Source: Pseudovirgaria hyperparasitica (lineage: Eukaryota). Taken from it: DNA of 64,000 bases. The notes beneath the pieces were generated by a model, which saw only the letters and a list, made by a program, of their open reading frames with translations, searched no databases and was not told where the DNA came from. Positions within the stretch are counted from its first letter, which is position 1. The number at the start of each line of letters is the position of its first letter. Positions 23,775 through 35,443 of the stretch are shown here, piece by piece. Location: NCBI GenBank assembly GCA_010093815.1, contig ML996581.1. The stretch is one strand, 5' to 3'. Both the position numbers and the translations under genes were made by a program.

Positions 23775-23997
23775 GCATAGTGCGAATGCTTGTCAAAATG
23801 TAAAATCATATCAGAAACAGCGACGAAGTGAGTGACGGGACAGCAAGATGCAAAGGAATTGCAACAATAGCCGCTCACTGGCGGTACAATATCTCTCTAA
23901 CTCTATGCAATCTTTGCATTGAAATATTATCTCCATTTAAACAGCCCTCTCAAGCATCTTGACCCTCGCGAGCTTTTGGTCTTACTTCCGTTAAAGA

Positions 23998-25647
23998 TCA
24001 CTCGTCTTCGCTTGTGCCTCTCAACGCTTTCTTCTTCACAGCTAGATCCTGTTTCAAGCTCAAGAGTTTCTGAGCAGCCCTCTTCCTGAGCAAAGGATTC
24101 TTCTGTTGCTCATGCTGGCTGTTGGCAATCTCGACTTCCTTCTCCAAATCGGCGACTTCCTCCATGAGCTGAGCCTGTTCTTGCTGCCTCGCCAGTTCAT
24201 CTTCATCCACCTCTTCATTCTCAGCGGCTCCGTCATCATCATCGTCGTCGTCATCGTCGTCATCTTGGTCGGTCCCATCGGTGCCACCAGGGGTACCTGC
24301 GGAGTCGCCAGGAGTTTCAGTTGTCGGAAGAGCGATGTTAGATGAGTCGCCCAGTGCGTGCAATGCAGCTTCATTCGCCGATACGGCCGTGATTGGCTCT
24401 TCTTGGTCGTCGTCGTTGCCCAGTTCGTTCATCATCTGCTCCATCATATCGTCGTCATCGTCATCCGCTTCCGCGTCAACATCAGCCATTCCAACAACCT
24501 CTCCATAAGCTTCACCACCCATCTCTTCATCAGCTTCCATGTCCATGTCGCCGTTGGCATCTTCGTCGGCGTCGGGACCGGAATCCTGGGCTTTTTCATC
24601 GGGGTCAATTGACTCATAGTCGGTTGTGCCGCCACTGGCACGTGCGGCCTCATCTGCCTGAATGAGTCGCTCGACTTCCTCTTCGACGGCTACAATGGTG
24701 CGGTAACTCACACGCTTGCGAAAGCGCCTTTTACGGACGTAATGCATCGGAGGTGTGAGGCCATGGGGATACTGGTATAGACCTTGAGTATCTGAGTCGT
24801 AGACCCTTTGAATCTCCGGGGGTAATTTGTAGTTTTGAACTTCTTTGTCGTCTTTTGCGGGTCCGAGGACTAAGAGCATTTGACTGATATCAGCACTTTT
24901 GTACCAGCCTTTTTTGTCCCAGCTTTTTGTGCCTTCGATGATACACGGTAGGTCTACGAGGATAGCAGCGTAGTAGTTGTTTCTTATCCGCACGCTCACA
25001 CGTCTCCCTTCCTTATCCCAGAATTTGAACGCCACATGAAAGCCTTCTCCAATTGTCCTTTCCTCTATCGCCTTGCGCAAGAGATCGCAGTCCTTTCCAG
25101 GCTCCATACGCAAGATGAGTTGTGACTCGATCGCAGGATCATCTTCCGCATCTTCAGCTTCACTGTCATAGCCCACTCCAAGAGGCCTCTCCGGTTTTTG
25201 TCCCTTGGCTTTAATGACCAACATTTTTGGTTGTGTCTCTTGCCGCTTGGGCTTTAATTTGAGTGATATTGAGGGTGTCCGTGAAAGTGTGCCCGGCCCA
25301 ACACCGGTAGCTGGTGAGGGTGGTATAATTATGCTCGGTCCTTTAGTCTTCGCCCGCTTTGGATTTGCGGCCTCGTCGCCATCGTGAGCACGTTTCTTCG
25401 ACTTTGCCGTAGGCGTACCGTCCGTGTCTTTTGTTCGTTTTGTATACTTTCTCTTTTGCTTTGGAGCTACAGAGTCTGTCAGAGCGGTGTTACCTGCCGA
25501 GGCAGCTGTTGCTGAGGCCGGCGCCCCTGGCTGTTTGAAGGTGATCTTGAGTGGTGCACTGCCTGGTGTCTGCGCGACGCTTCCAGGTGAGCCTGCACCT
25601 GTAGGAGTCGTGCCCGACGTATTGAGCTTTAGCTTCAGAGGAGCCAT
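23998..25647 (-). CDS. TAF7: TFIID subunit Taf7 (TAFII55 N-terminal domain)
   Basis: IESQLILRM, LVDLPCIIEGTKSWDKK, KSADISQML, PHGLTPPMHYVRKRRFRKR; acidic C-terminus with coiled coil. Confidence 0.95.
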   Translation of the reverse strand: MAPLKLKLNTSGTTPTGAGSPGSVAQTPGSAPLKITFKQPGAPASATAASAGNTALTDSVAPKQKRKYTKRTKDTDGTPTAKSKKRAHDGDEAANPKRAKTKGPSIIIPPSPATGVGPGTLSRTPSISLKLKPKRQETQPKMLVIKAKGQKPERPLGVGYDSEAEDAEDDPAIESQLILRMEPGKDCDLLRKAIEERTIGEGFHVAFKFWDKEGRRVSVRIRNNYYAAILVDLPCIIEGTKSWDKKGWYKSADISQMLLVLGPAKDDKEVQNYKLPPEIQRVYDSDTQGLYQYPHGLTPPMHYVRKRRFRKRVSYRTIVAVEEEVERLIQADEAARASGGTTDYESIDPDEKAQDSGPDADEDANGDMDMEADEEMGGEAYGEVVGMADVDAEADDDDDDMMEQMMNELGNDDDQEEPITAVSANEAALHALGDSSNIALPTTETPGDSAGTPGGTDGTDQDDDDDDDDDDDGAAENEEVDEDELARQQEQAQLMEEVADLEKEVEIANSQHEQQKNPLLRKRAAQKLLSLKQDLAVKKKALRGTSEDE

Positions 25648-25706
25648 CTTGGTCTTTGGTCGTCCGTATGACCACTCAGCAGGAAGGTTTTGATATGACG
25701 TGAAAT

Positions 25707-25848
25707 GATGAGATAGGTTTGAATGAAGTGTGAACGCGAACGGCAAGTAAAGTGGATCGCGCCCAGCGTTGCCAAGGCTGGCTTGTGATTTCGAGGTGGC
25801 CCGAGCGGGTGCGCTAGAGGAATCTACGTCAATTAGTGAAAAAGTTTA
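25707..25848 (+). promoter_or_regulatory. PAC-like (GATGAGAT) and RRPE-like (TGAAAAAGTTT) elements in the TAF7/PWP1 divergent promoter
   Basis: GATGAGAT at 25707-25714 and TGAAAAAGTTT near 25837; consistent with PWP1 being a ribosome-biogenesis gene. Confidence 0.4.
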
Positions 25849-25905
25849 TGGATGGTCAAAAATATATTCCGACTTGCGCAATAATTAGTTTAGACGTGTA
25901 CCTCC

Positions 25906-27615
25906 ATGTCTATGATTACAGCAACAACGTGGGTGCCGCGCGGACATGCGGCGCCCTTCCCCAACAAATATGAATTCGACGAGGAGGAATATAATCGCAT
26001 TGCAGAAATGGCAAAATTACAGCTAGATGATGCCAAAGAGGATTTGGCAGAAGCAGAGGAACAGAATTTGGAGGCGAGTGAAGAGCAAATGGATACAGAG
26101 GAGAAGCCAAAGAGCAAAAAGAAGAGCAAGGGCGACAAATCGAATGGCGCATCAGAGAAGGACGAGTATGCTGAGCCACCCGTGGACCACATATTGTAGT
26201 AATAGTATCACTGACATGCTGATAGAGATCTCGATGACGATCTGAAAGAATACGATCTCGAACACTACGATGACGACGAGGAGGATCGAGAAGGAGACGG
26301 CGACACCATGGGTATGTTTGGCAACATAAAAAAGCTAGTCTACCACGAGTCCAACGCCGACGATCCCTACATTACGCTGAAAGATGACCCTGAAGATGAC
26401 GAAGATCGGGAAGAGCTGCAGATTTTGGCAACAGACAATCTGGTCCTTGCCGCGCGAATAGACGACGAAGTTGCTCATCTGGAAGTCTATGTCTATGAAG
26501 ATGAAGCCGACAACCTTTACGTCCACCACGATATCATGCTGCCCGCTATACCGCTGGCTGTGGAGTGGCTAGACGTCCCGGTTGGTAAAGGGGCATCAAG
26601 TGTTGAGAACGCCAAAGGTAACTATGTCGCTATTGGCACGATGGATCCGGACATCGAGCTGTGGGACCTCGACACTATCGACTGCATGTATCCGAATGCC
26701 ATTCTTGGCGAGGGCAACAGCAGCAACACGAAGAACAGTACGACACCCAAGAAGAAAAAGAAGAAGTCCAAAAAGCCAAACGACACACACCACGTCGACG
26801 CCGTCCTCTCCCTCGCTGCCAACCGCTCTCACCGCAACCTCCTCGCCTCGTCCTCCGCCGACACCACCCTCAAGCTCTGGGACCTCTCCACCACCACCTG
26901 CGCCCACTCCTACACCCACCACACCGACAAAGTATGCACCCTCGCCTGGAACCCCAATACCCCAACAGTCCTCCTCTCCGGCTCCTACGATCGCACTGTC
27001 GTCGCCTCGGACATGCGCGCCCCGACCGCCACACCCCCGCGCTGGGGCGTGGAATCCGATGTCGAGACAGTGAAATGGGACCCGCACGCCGAGCACACAT
27101 TTTACGTCACCACCGAGTCCGGCATGGTGCACTACTTCGATGCCCGCGTCGCGCCCAGCACACCCGCGAAGTCAAAACCCCTCTGGACTCTACAAGCCCA
27201 CGAGGACGCCGTTGCCTCGTTCGATGTCAACCCCGTGATCCCAGGGTTCCTGGCCACGGGCTCGGCGGACAAGACAGTTAAGCTGTGGAACGTGCATCCG
27301 GAGACGGGACCGAGCATGGTTGTCAGCCGCGACGTCGGCGTGGGCAAGGTGTTTGCAACGAGCTTTGCGCCGGATGCGGAGGTTGGGTTTCGGCTTGCTG
27401 TGGCGGGGAGTCAGGGGGCGGTGCAGATCTGGGATACAAGTACGAATGCTGGGGTGAGACGTGCGTTCGCGAGCAGGGTTGCGCCGTTGAAGGAAGGCGT
27501 CGAGGTCAAGGAGCGGATGGTCGGTGTTGCGGAGAGCGATAGTGATAGCGAGAGCGGGAGTGATGAGGAAGATGAAGGAGCGCAGGACGGGTGGGAGAGT
27601 ATGGACGAGGACTAG
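25906..27615 (+). CDS. PWP1: Periodic tryptophan protein 1 (WD40, ribosome biogenesis), 2 exons
   Basis: MITATTWVPRG, DDDLKEYDLEHYD, LEVYVYE...NLYVHHDIMLPA, WD40 repeats; intron about 26166-26225. Confidence 0.95.
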
Positions 27616-28791
27616 ATATATAAAGAGAGGAAATCAAAAGTTCAATTGATACCCGCTGTTAGTTCTCAGCATACTACTACCTACGTATTAGATGTTGTGA
27701 ACGTGAAACGACACATGGTATATGAGGACGTAGCCCCTGGACGACTAGAGCCGTATGCTCGAGCAGAATACAGAGAGTTTATAGGGGTCAGAACGGCGCG
27801 AAGCAACTGAATCTTACGGTACGGCGTTTCCAATTGTATACCAGACTTTGTGAATCTAATATGCTTCCAGTACATGCTAATTCTATTTACAGAACCCCTA
27901 TCCTAAAGTGTGATATCTTTCAAGATGGATGCACATCCTCCCTCGCCATACACTACCAATCCTAGAGACGGCGTCATACAATATCATTACTGTCTCACTG
28001 CCGCGAGGGTCCTGTTCACCTTTGCAGCACACGACACCCTAACCCCATTCAGCCCAAACGGTCAATGCACCCAATCGCGTCCCGACTCAAGCAACCCTTG
28101 ACAATAGCAACGCGCTCTGACTGGCCTGCTGCGTTCAAAGAGGGAAATACGCTAACAAGGTCGTCGAAGCTGCAATTTGCCCCGCGGGAATTATGCGTGG
28201 AGGCGTGGGCACGACTACGTTCATTGTGGGCCGTGGGTCCAGTTGGGTATGGTGTCCAAGGATTTTATATTCACTTGAGTTGAGACTGTGCGACAGAAGG
28301 TGACCATCGGATAGATGATTGGTCAGAGGCGGTTGCTCGTCTGGATTCACAGTCGTCTAAGCGTCGAAGGTCTCGATAAGCGGGGTTTTGCTGCATTTCT
28401 CGAATCGAGTGTTTTGAGGTGGAATCCGACAGTATCTCACTTAGATATCATTCTTTGTGTGCCCTGAGCAGTGAGGACGGTGGTTACACGAGGTCAACAG
28501 CCAGCCAAGGGATGGCAAGGCAGCACCGGTTGCAGCTTCCGTGAGCAAACACATTTTTAACACCAGCCGACCTAGATTCACACGCCTCAATGCTCTTGCG
28601 TCTCCTTTCACTGTCGTGCGATGTCGTGTATTCAGTTTTCAACCCACGTAGCCTGTTCCATATATCGCAAGCTACGTCCATCCAGGTGACCTCGAAGTGA
28701 ACAGAGCCCATCAGTCATAACACCTGAATTCACCACAATCCATCGCGACTTGGTCCCTGCGTCTCCATGGGCCGACGTGTCCGACGAGTAT

Positions 28792-30219
28792 ATGAGGCAG
28801 AATCGCCTCGTTCATGGCTCCCAGCCTCCTACACAGCGCACAATGATAGTCCGAGCATTTCCACCTGCCATGTCATGTGAGAGTCCATTCAGTCCAGTGA
28901 ACGATAGCGAACTGCCGACGCTTATGCCTATTCCGCAAGAGCCTAAGATCCGCCCTCCAGATCCCATTGACACAGAACCGCCGGATAAGGGATCGCTTTT
29001 CGTTCCACCGTCCCCCTTGTCGACGAAACGCCCTTCGCCGCCTCAGTCACCACTTCGCTCTGCCGATTTGATCTATGAAGACGATGTACTTGGTCCGCAG
29101 GACATGCTCGCCGATGAAGAGCTCTTTACAGCAAATCCCCAGCACATTGCATCCAGTTTATTACCGAGTCCACTTCCCCTCAGTGGCGGCCTCTGCGGTT
29201 ACCAACCGCCAATACCGCAAAACACGCATTGCCCTGTGTACCGCCGCTGTTTAGTGCGACCAGAGATGCACGCTTCAGATGGCGTATGGGACGGGAACGC
29301 TTGGCAGGGCACACGCGGCGAGGACATCCCAACGACGATGATCTGGGCCAGACCGGGAATGACACCACCAGCCGAAGTTGCGGAGTTCTGGGAAAGGCTC
29401 TTGTCCATGGTGGATATTGGGCAGCAGCAGCCGGATCCGGCATGGATGAGCAAGTCGCGCTTCACGCATGCAGGATGGGAACAGTACGATGACAACGTCA
29501 TGCGCGGCCAGGACGATATGTACAAGATCCGTGATGGGCGTGGGAACGCGAGTCGAGATATATTTGCATTGGGAGGCCTGATCATCAAGAGTAACCATCG
29601 GCGGATAGGTGACAAAGAGGATCCCCTGGAGTGGAAATATGAGCGTGATGATTCCCGGGAGGTCAATGTACGCGCGTTGATTCATCGCTATGCGCCATTG
29701 GTCGCGCAGCATATGCCTCCGCCACGTTTGTATTTTGCGGGGTTGCTCAAGGGAAAGAATGTGTTGGTCTTGGAACGCATCAAGGGCACCAGCGTAGGCC
29801 GGTTGATACCAAGGATCAAAAGCCATGAGCTGGAGTGGATCCGCGAGATTTTGCGAGCCGCTATTAGTCTGCTTATGATTCCCGCCGCCAACAATCCAGG
29901 TGTGTTTCTGATGCATAACGAGCTTCTGCCACACAACGTCTTTATGAAATTTGGCACGGTGGATATATACGGCCATCAATCCATCAAGTATACGTTGGAT
30001 CCTCACGAGCCATTGCCGACGAACCTTGGACTTGCTGGTTTGATTGATTGGAAAGAGCTCGTATGGGCAGAGCCGCAATCGTGTATTGGAAAGCATCAGC
30101 TGACCTTCATGGGTGGATGGCCCGGGGCGGAATTGGAGTTACGGGAGAATGCGTCGGAGGCAGAGAAGAAGACAAAGATCTGGCATGACTTGTACGCCGG
30201 GCTATCCGATGGGACATGA
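28792..30219 (+). CDS. Pro-rich N-terminus plus APH/choline-kinase-like phosphotransferase fold
   Basis: RDIFALGGLIIKS, PRLYFAG...VLVLERIKG, LMHNELLPHN (Brenner-like), AGLIDW; start uncertain (several ATGs). Confidence 0.65.
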   Translation: MRQNRLVHGSQPPTQRTMIVRAFPPAMSCESPFSPVNDSELPTLMPIPQEPKIRPPDPIDTEPPDKGSLFVPPSPLSTKRPSPPQSPLRSADLIYEDDVLGPQDMLADEELFTANPQHIASSLLPSPLPLSGGLCGYQPPIPQNTHCPVYRRCLVRPEMHASDGVWDGNAWQGTRGEDIPTTMIWARPGMTPPAEVAEFWERLLSMVDIGQQQPDPAWMSKSRFTHAGWEQYDDNVMRGQDDMYKIRDGRGNASRDIFALGGLIIKSNHRRIGDKEDPLEWKYERDDSREVNVRALIHRYAPLVAQHMPPPRLYFAGLLKGKNVLVLERIKGTSVGRLIPRIKSHELEWIREILRAAISLLMIPAANNPGVFLMHNELLPHNVFMKFGTVDIYGHQSIKYTLDPHEPLPTNLGLAGLIDWKELVWAEPQSCIGKHQLTFMGGWPGAELELRENASEAEKKTKIWHDLYAGLSDGT

Positions 30220-30346
30220 TGCTACGACATATCCATATCGTGTCACATTGCGGAATCTTCGGATACTCGTAGTGGTGTGATATATCTTTTGGAAAATGGC
30301 GTTTGTTGGACAGCATAGCTGAACAATTATCGCCTTCATAGAATGT

Positions 30347-31945
30347 TCAATCTATTTCGTTACCTTGAAATCTTGGAAGCAGCGCGACGTTCCAACCACG
30401 AAAGACCTGACTCTTCACTGGGAGAATGTTTTTGCTTTCTTCTAGCGCGCCTTGCAGCTCCACATATAATCTCGATGGGATTCTGACTTCTTCGACCGAC
30501 GTACTCTCGACGTCCTCTCCAGTCTGAGTGACAAAATCCTGCCAGAATACCTTCATCGCGCGGGTGGGATCCAGGCGTTCAGAATTTGGGGGTTGATATG
30601 AAGATGAGAATGTTAAGTCTGGCGTGAAGATCCAAAGGAGCAAGCCAGACATTGAAGTATTGGCTGTGTCGTGTACAGCTATTTTGCGAACGCCTTGGTT
30701 TTCAATCGTGAAGAGAAAGAGTGCCGAGATCCATTTCACTATGGCATGATTGCCTGGCGGGAGATTGGTGTCGAATGGCATGTAGGAGAGGGCCCATTTC
30801 CAGACACGATATCCATCCGCTCGCTCGTCTACCATGCCGACTTCGGCTGCGCATTGCTTACAATGTAATGTGTTGTCGGGCTTAGTCTGGTCCGCTCAGC
30901 ATGGGTGACAACATACTGTCCGTTGATCATAACAGGCTATCAGACTTGAAACAATGAAGGACGTTTGATGTATTGATATGGATGATACATGGCACTGAGT
31001 GTGTCTTGACTAAAATCCATCTGAGCCCAAGACTGGGGACTTGATGAGTGCAATCGCGCAAGACGAGGCATGCTGCTGAACGAAGTAACCCATCACACCT
31101 GCGCGGAGGGTAGACCGCGTAAAGCAGTTGGTGCGTTCGCTTTAGGACGTTTGTATCGATGACCGAACCATGGAGGAAACGAGAGGCCAACTTCTTGACG
31201 CCCACAGTTGCATGATGTAGTGAAAGTAGTGATGAGAATACGAGAGTTGTAGAAGACTGTGAAAGCTTACCTTGATAGAACGACAGTCGTCACTGGCGAG
31301 TAGGAAGTATGCGATATCTACGAAACCCATACCTCCAATGGCTTGGATTTTGCTACCTGCCGCATATCCCTTGGTGTGAACAGCTTCGTCGTGAATTCCG
31401 TCCTCAGTGTCAGGCTTGTGACAATGCCAGAAGTCCATCATCTCTGCCCAGTTTTCGTTTGGTAAGTCTTTCCAGAGAGTGATAGTATCCTCAGGCGGTG
31501 CTATACTCTTCACGCTCCCGGAAGATGGCGAGTTGTTCAGGACAGCGGTTCCACAGTTCCGACAGCTGAACTTGCCTCGTCTCCTCACAAGACTCGGAGC
31601 TGACCACGGCACCCAATTGTCTTCCTGGAGTGCACCATTCTTGGCGGGAGAGTCTTTGATAAGATGACTCCTATGGTTGTGCTCTTCAAGCATCAGGCGT
31701 AGCTGTAAATCTTTCGTCGCCTGTTTTGGAAGCTCGAGAACGGCATTTGCACCGCCTTCGATTGCTTTCGGGAGATGAATGGTGGCAGAAACCTCTTCAT
31801 GACTGAGCGTGAGGGTTGTAGCATCAGCTGAGATCTTCGCCTTGGTTAGCGGAGTACTTTCTGTCGACAAGGAAGCGGTGAGAGTAAGTGTGCGAATGTT
31901 GAGCAGATGCTCCGCATACAGCTGGACGATAGGTTCAGAGGTCAT
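30347..31945 (-). CDS. IPA1: HECT-like E2C-binding protein (UBE3D / yeast Ipa1 family), 2 exons with a 384-nt intron
   Basis: LYAEHLLNIR, CRNC, WKDLPNENWAEMMDFWHCHKP, spliced IK|TKPDNTLHCKQC, LLLWIFTPD; intron 30887-31270 (gtaagc...gctgag...cag). Confidence 0.88.
30997..31205 (-). ncRNA. Candidate intronic box H/ACA guide snoRNA (snR81-like; U2 snRNA Psi42 pocket)
   Basis: Hairpin 1: lower stem GGGCGU/ACGUCC, pocket AAGAA / GAUAC, upper stem UGGCC/GGUCA, ANA-type box (AAAGCGA) 14 nt after the pocket; last hairpin GUCUUG/CAAGAC followed directly by ACA-CUC; about 208 nt, inside an unusually long intron. Confidence 0.75.
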
Positions 31946-32221
31946 TGATGGTGATCTGCAGATGTGAGAGTACCTGAAGTCCCTCTACAGCATGTAAGAT
32001 TATTATTTATCCTGTGGAACATAGTAGCGAGTAAACACGTAACCTTGTCTACTCCAACGGGTGCGTGTTCGAGCAACCCGGATGAAGGATGTAGACAGTC
32101 GAAATGTTTAGCCGAAGTTTAAGCGTTTATATGCTCCAGGTGTTCGTTTGAGAGCTATCTGGCGCGGCTTGACGAACGAACAAGTCGCATTTCTCTTCGA
32201 CCATTCTTCTCTGTTGTGACC

Positions 32222-34695
32222 ATGGCTGCTGCTGTGGGAGAACAGTTTCTTAAGGGGGAGACCGCCCGGAACACCCGTGGTCTGCTTCGCATCATAATTC
32301 TCTGTACTATTGCGGCCGCGGCCGTATCAAGTCGGCTGTTCAGTGTGATCCGATTCGAGAGTATCATCCACGAATGTATGATGGACGCAGCACTCTAAGT
32401 TGTATAACGATTGCTAATTGGCTCTCAGTCGATCCCTGGTTCAACTTCAGAGCAACCAAATATCTCGTACAGCACGGATTCTACAGCTTTTGGGACTGGT
32501 TTGATGACCGTATGTAAAGAGCACTGGATGGACGACATATCAGCAGATAGCTGATACAATATACAGGAACATGGCATCCTCTCGGACGGGTCACTGGTGG
32601 AACACTCTACCCCGGATTGATGGTCACCAGTGGTGTCATCTACCACATCCTACGATTTCTCACCTTTCCTGTCGATATTCGTAACATATGTGTACTTCTT
32701 GCACCAGGCTTCTCGGGGTTGACGGCACTGGCTGCGTACCTCCTTACAACAGAGATGTCCACCTCTCCATCGGCCGGTCTTCTTGCGGCTATATTCATGG
32801 GTATCGCACCTGGATACATCTCTCGATCTGTCGCCGGTAGCTACGACAACGAAGCTATTGCCATCTTCCTGCTGGTATTCACGTTCTACCTGTGGATAAA
32901 GTCGGTGAAGGAGGGCTCTGCCCTTTGGGGTGCACTGACTGCACTCTTCTATGGCTATATGGTATCTGCGTGGGGAGGATACGTGTTCATCACAAATCTG
33001 CTACCTCTGCACGCCTTTGTGTTGATCTGTATGGGCCGCTATAGTGCGAGGCTGTACGTAAGCTACACAACCTGGTACGCCCTTGGGACATTGGCTAGCA
33101 TGCAGATTCCCTTCGTCGGCTTCCTGCCAATCAGGAGTAGTGAACATATGGCCTCACTAGGTAATATCCGCGGTTGCGCTCTAAGGTTCAAAGTTGCTAA
33201 TCTCTTGTCTCAGGCGTCTTTGGACTCCTCCAGATCGTTGGCTTCGTGGAATACATTCGCAACCAACTGCCGAGCCGACAGTTCCAGACCCTTCTCAAAA
33301 GTCTCGTAGTGCTTATCTTCGTCGTTGCGTTCGGTGGTCTTGTGCTCCTGACTGTGTCGGGTGTCATCGCTCCTTGGTCCGGACGGTTCTACTCACTTTG
33401 GGATACTGGCTATGCCAAGATACATATCCCAATCATTGCCTCAGTCTCGGAACATCAACCCACAGCATGGCCCGCGTTCTTCTTCGACCTCAACATGCTT
33501 ATCTGGTTGTTCCCAGCTGGTGTATACATGAGCTTCCGCAGTCTGAAAGACGAGCATGTCTTTATTGTCATTTATGCTGTCATGGCCAGTTACTTCTCAG
33601 GAGTGATGGTCCGACTCATGCTGACGTTGACACCCATCGTGTGTGTAGCTGCCGCCATCGCGCTCTCACAAATCCTAGACGCTTATCTCGTAATTGAAAC
33701 CCCCAAGATCGAAGGCGCAAAGTCAAATGGCGAGACCACAAAGTCAGCGGCGTCGACTGCGCCAACTCTGATATTGGACCCTCTGAGATCTACTAGGTCT
33801 CCACTGGTCGGCATTTATTCGTATATCTCCAAGGCCACAGTGGTCGGGTTTGCAAGTGTCTATCTATTATTGTTCGTCCTGCATTGTACGTGGGTCACAT
33901 CAAATGCGTATTCTTCGCCATCTGTTGTCCTTGCCAGCAGACTGCCTGATGGCAGTCAGCACATCATCGACGACTACAGAGAAGCATACTATTGGCTCAG
34001 ACAGAACACTCCCGACAATGCTAAAATAATGTCATGGTGGGATTATGGCTATCAAATTGGAGGCATGGCGGACAGACCGACCCTTGTCGACAACAACACC
34101 TGGAACAACACTCACATTGCTACAGTCGGCAAAGCCATGAGTTCGCGTGAAGAAGTCAGCTACCCGATCATGCGCCAGCATGAGGTTGATTATGTTCTGG
34201 TCGTTTTCGGTGGTCTATTGGGCTACTCGGGAGATGATATCAATAAGTTCCTATGGATGGTTAGAATCGCGGAGGGTATATGGCCAGATGAAGTTAAAGA
34301 GCGCGACTTTTTTACTCCGCGTGGAGAGTACAAAGTTGACGATGAAGCCTCGCCAACGATGAAGAACAGTCTGATGTGAGTAGTATCAGGTGTTAGTACG
34401 GTGCCCATTGCTGATACGACATAGGTACAAAATGTCATACCACAACTTTGGCAACTTGTTCCCTGCAGGACAAGGTACAGACCGAGTTCGAGGAACACGA
34501 CTTCCCTCGGAGAATCCCCAATTGAACACGATTGAGGAAGCTTTCACAAGTGAGAACTGGATCATCAGGATCTACAAGGTCAAGCCCTTGGATAATTTTG
34601 GTCGAGATCATTTCAGCGCGACTGCCTTTGAAAAAGGTAACAAAAAGAAGCGTGCGAGCAAGCGAAAAGGTGCTCGAGTTCTAAGAGTAGAATAG
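32222..34695 (+). CDS. STT3: Oligosaccharyltransferase catalytic subunit Stt3, 5 exons
   Basis: FESIIHE|FDPWFN, SRSVAGSYDNE, SVSEHQP, WWDYG motif, DINKFLWM. Confidence 0.98.
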
Positions 34696-35443
34696 AGGGA
34701 CATTTAGTTGAGTAGTAGATTTCATTCACCTGATAACAGATATCCGTAGGCCACGGAAGTATCGAGAGGCATTTGTGGTTTGCAGAAGTAACCCAATTGT
34801 AGCAGACGAAATAACCTATGCGGGCCTGCTAAGGCTTCTCACACAAAAGCATCCACTGTAAACTAAGAAGTCACTGTAATTGTTTCTGGGTTCTGTCTGT
34901 TCTTGCTCCCGACCAAAATTCTATATAGGTTGTCTTTAGATGAGGTGGATGTGGTGGTTTAAGTGTCTACGGTCTGGCAAAGTCGCACGTTCCTTCCGTG
35001 TCGTGCTGTTCAGCATCCCGGTCCTTGGCCTTCACTGATTCACTTCCGTTCTACACGACACAACGTCGCCATCTTCGACATCTTCATTGTTGTTCCATTC
35101 TGCTCGGTTTCCTTCACCCTATTACGCGATCGTCTCGCTTTCACTTGGGCTCATACAGGCATTCTATTGAAATCGTATCCCACGGACCTCATCTTCACTC
35201 GGATCGGGCACTGACAGACCTAATATCCTCCATTGTGGCTGTCTAACGCAGCTCCTCTTGTTTGACACCAGAAACACGATACCAGTTCAATCTGACTTGG
35301 CGTGAGTCAATTCTTTCGATGTACGTTACTGTTCTCGACCTCTCAACGACTCTCTAAACTTGCCATTTGTCTAGAACACATCTCTGCCTCCCACATACAC
35401 CCAATTCCTCTCTTTTGTCTCGCCCGCCAACAATTCAAACGTC

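Noticed and set aside
26582..27542. Many overlapping alternate-frame and antisense ORFs within PWP1 (similarly within TAF7, NNR2, PTA1 and the APH-like gene)
   Set aside because: Expected shadows of GC-rich coding sequence; no independent motifs.
31000..31064. Assigning the last H/ACA pocket to U6 or 25S rRNA
   Set aside because: Only one side of the pocket matched sequences I could recall; no convincing bipartite pairing.
30927..31205. 92-aa minus-strand ORF (GVKKLASR...VIDTNV) inside the IPA1-like intron
   Set aside because: Non-ATG start and not needed to join the exons; better explained as translation of the structured RNA.
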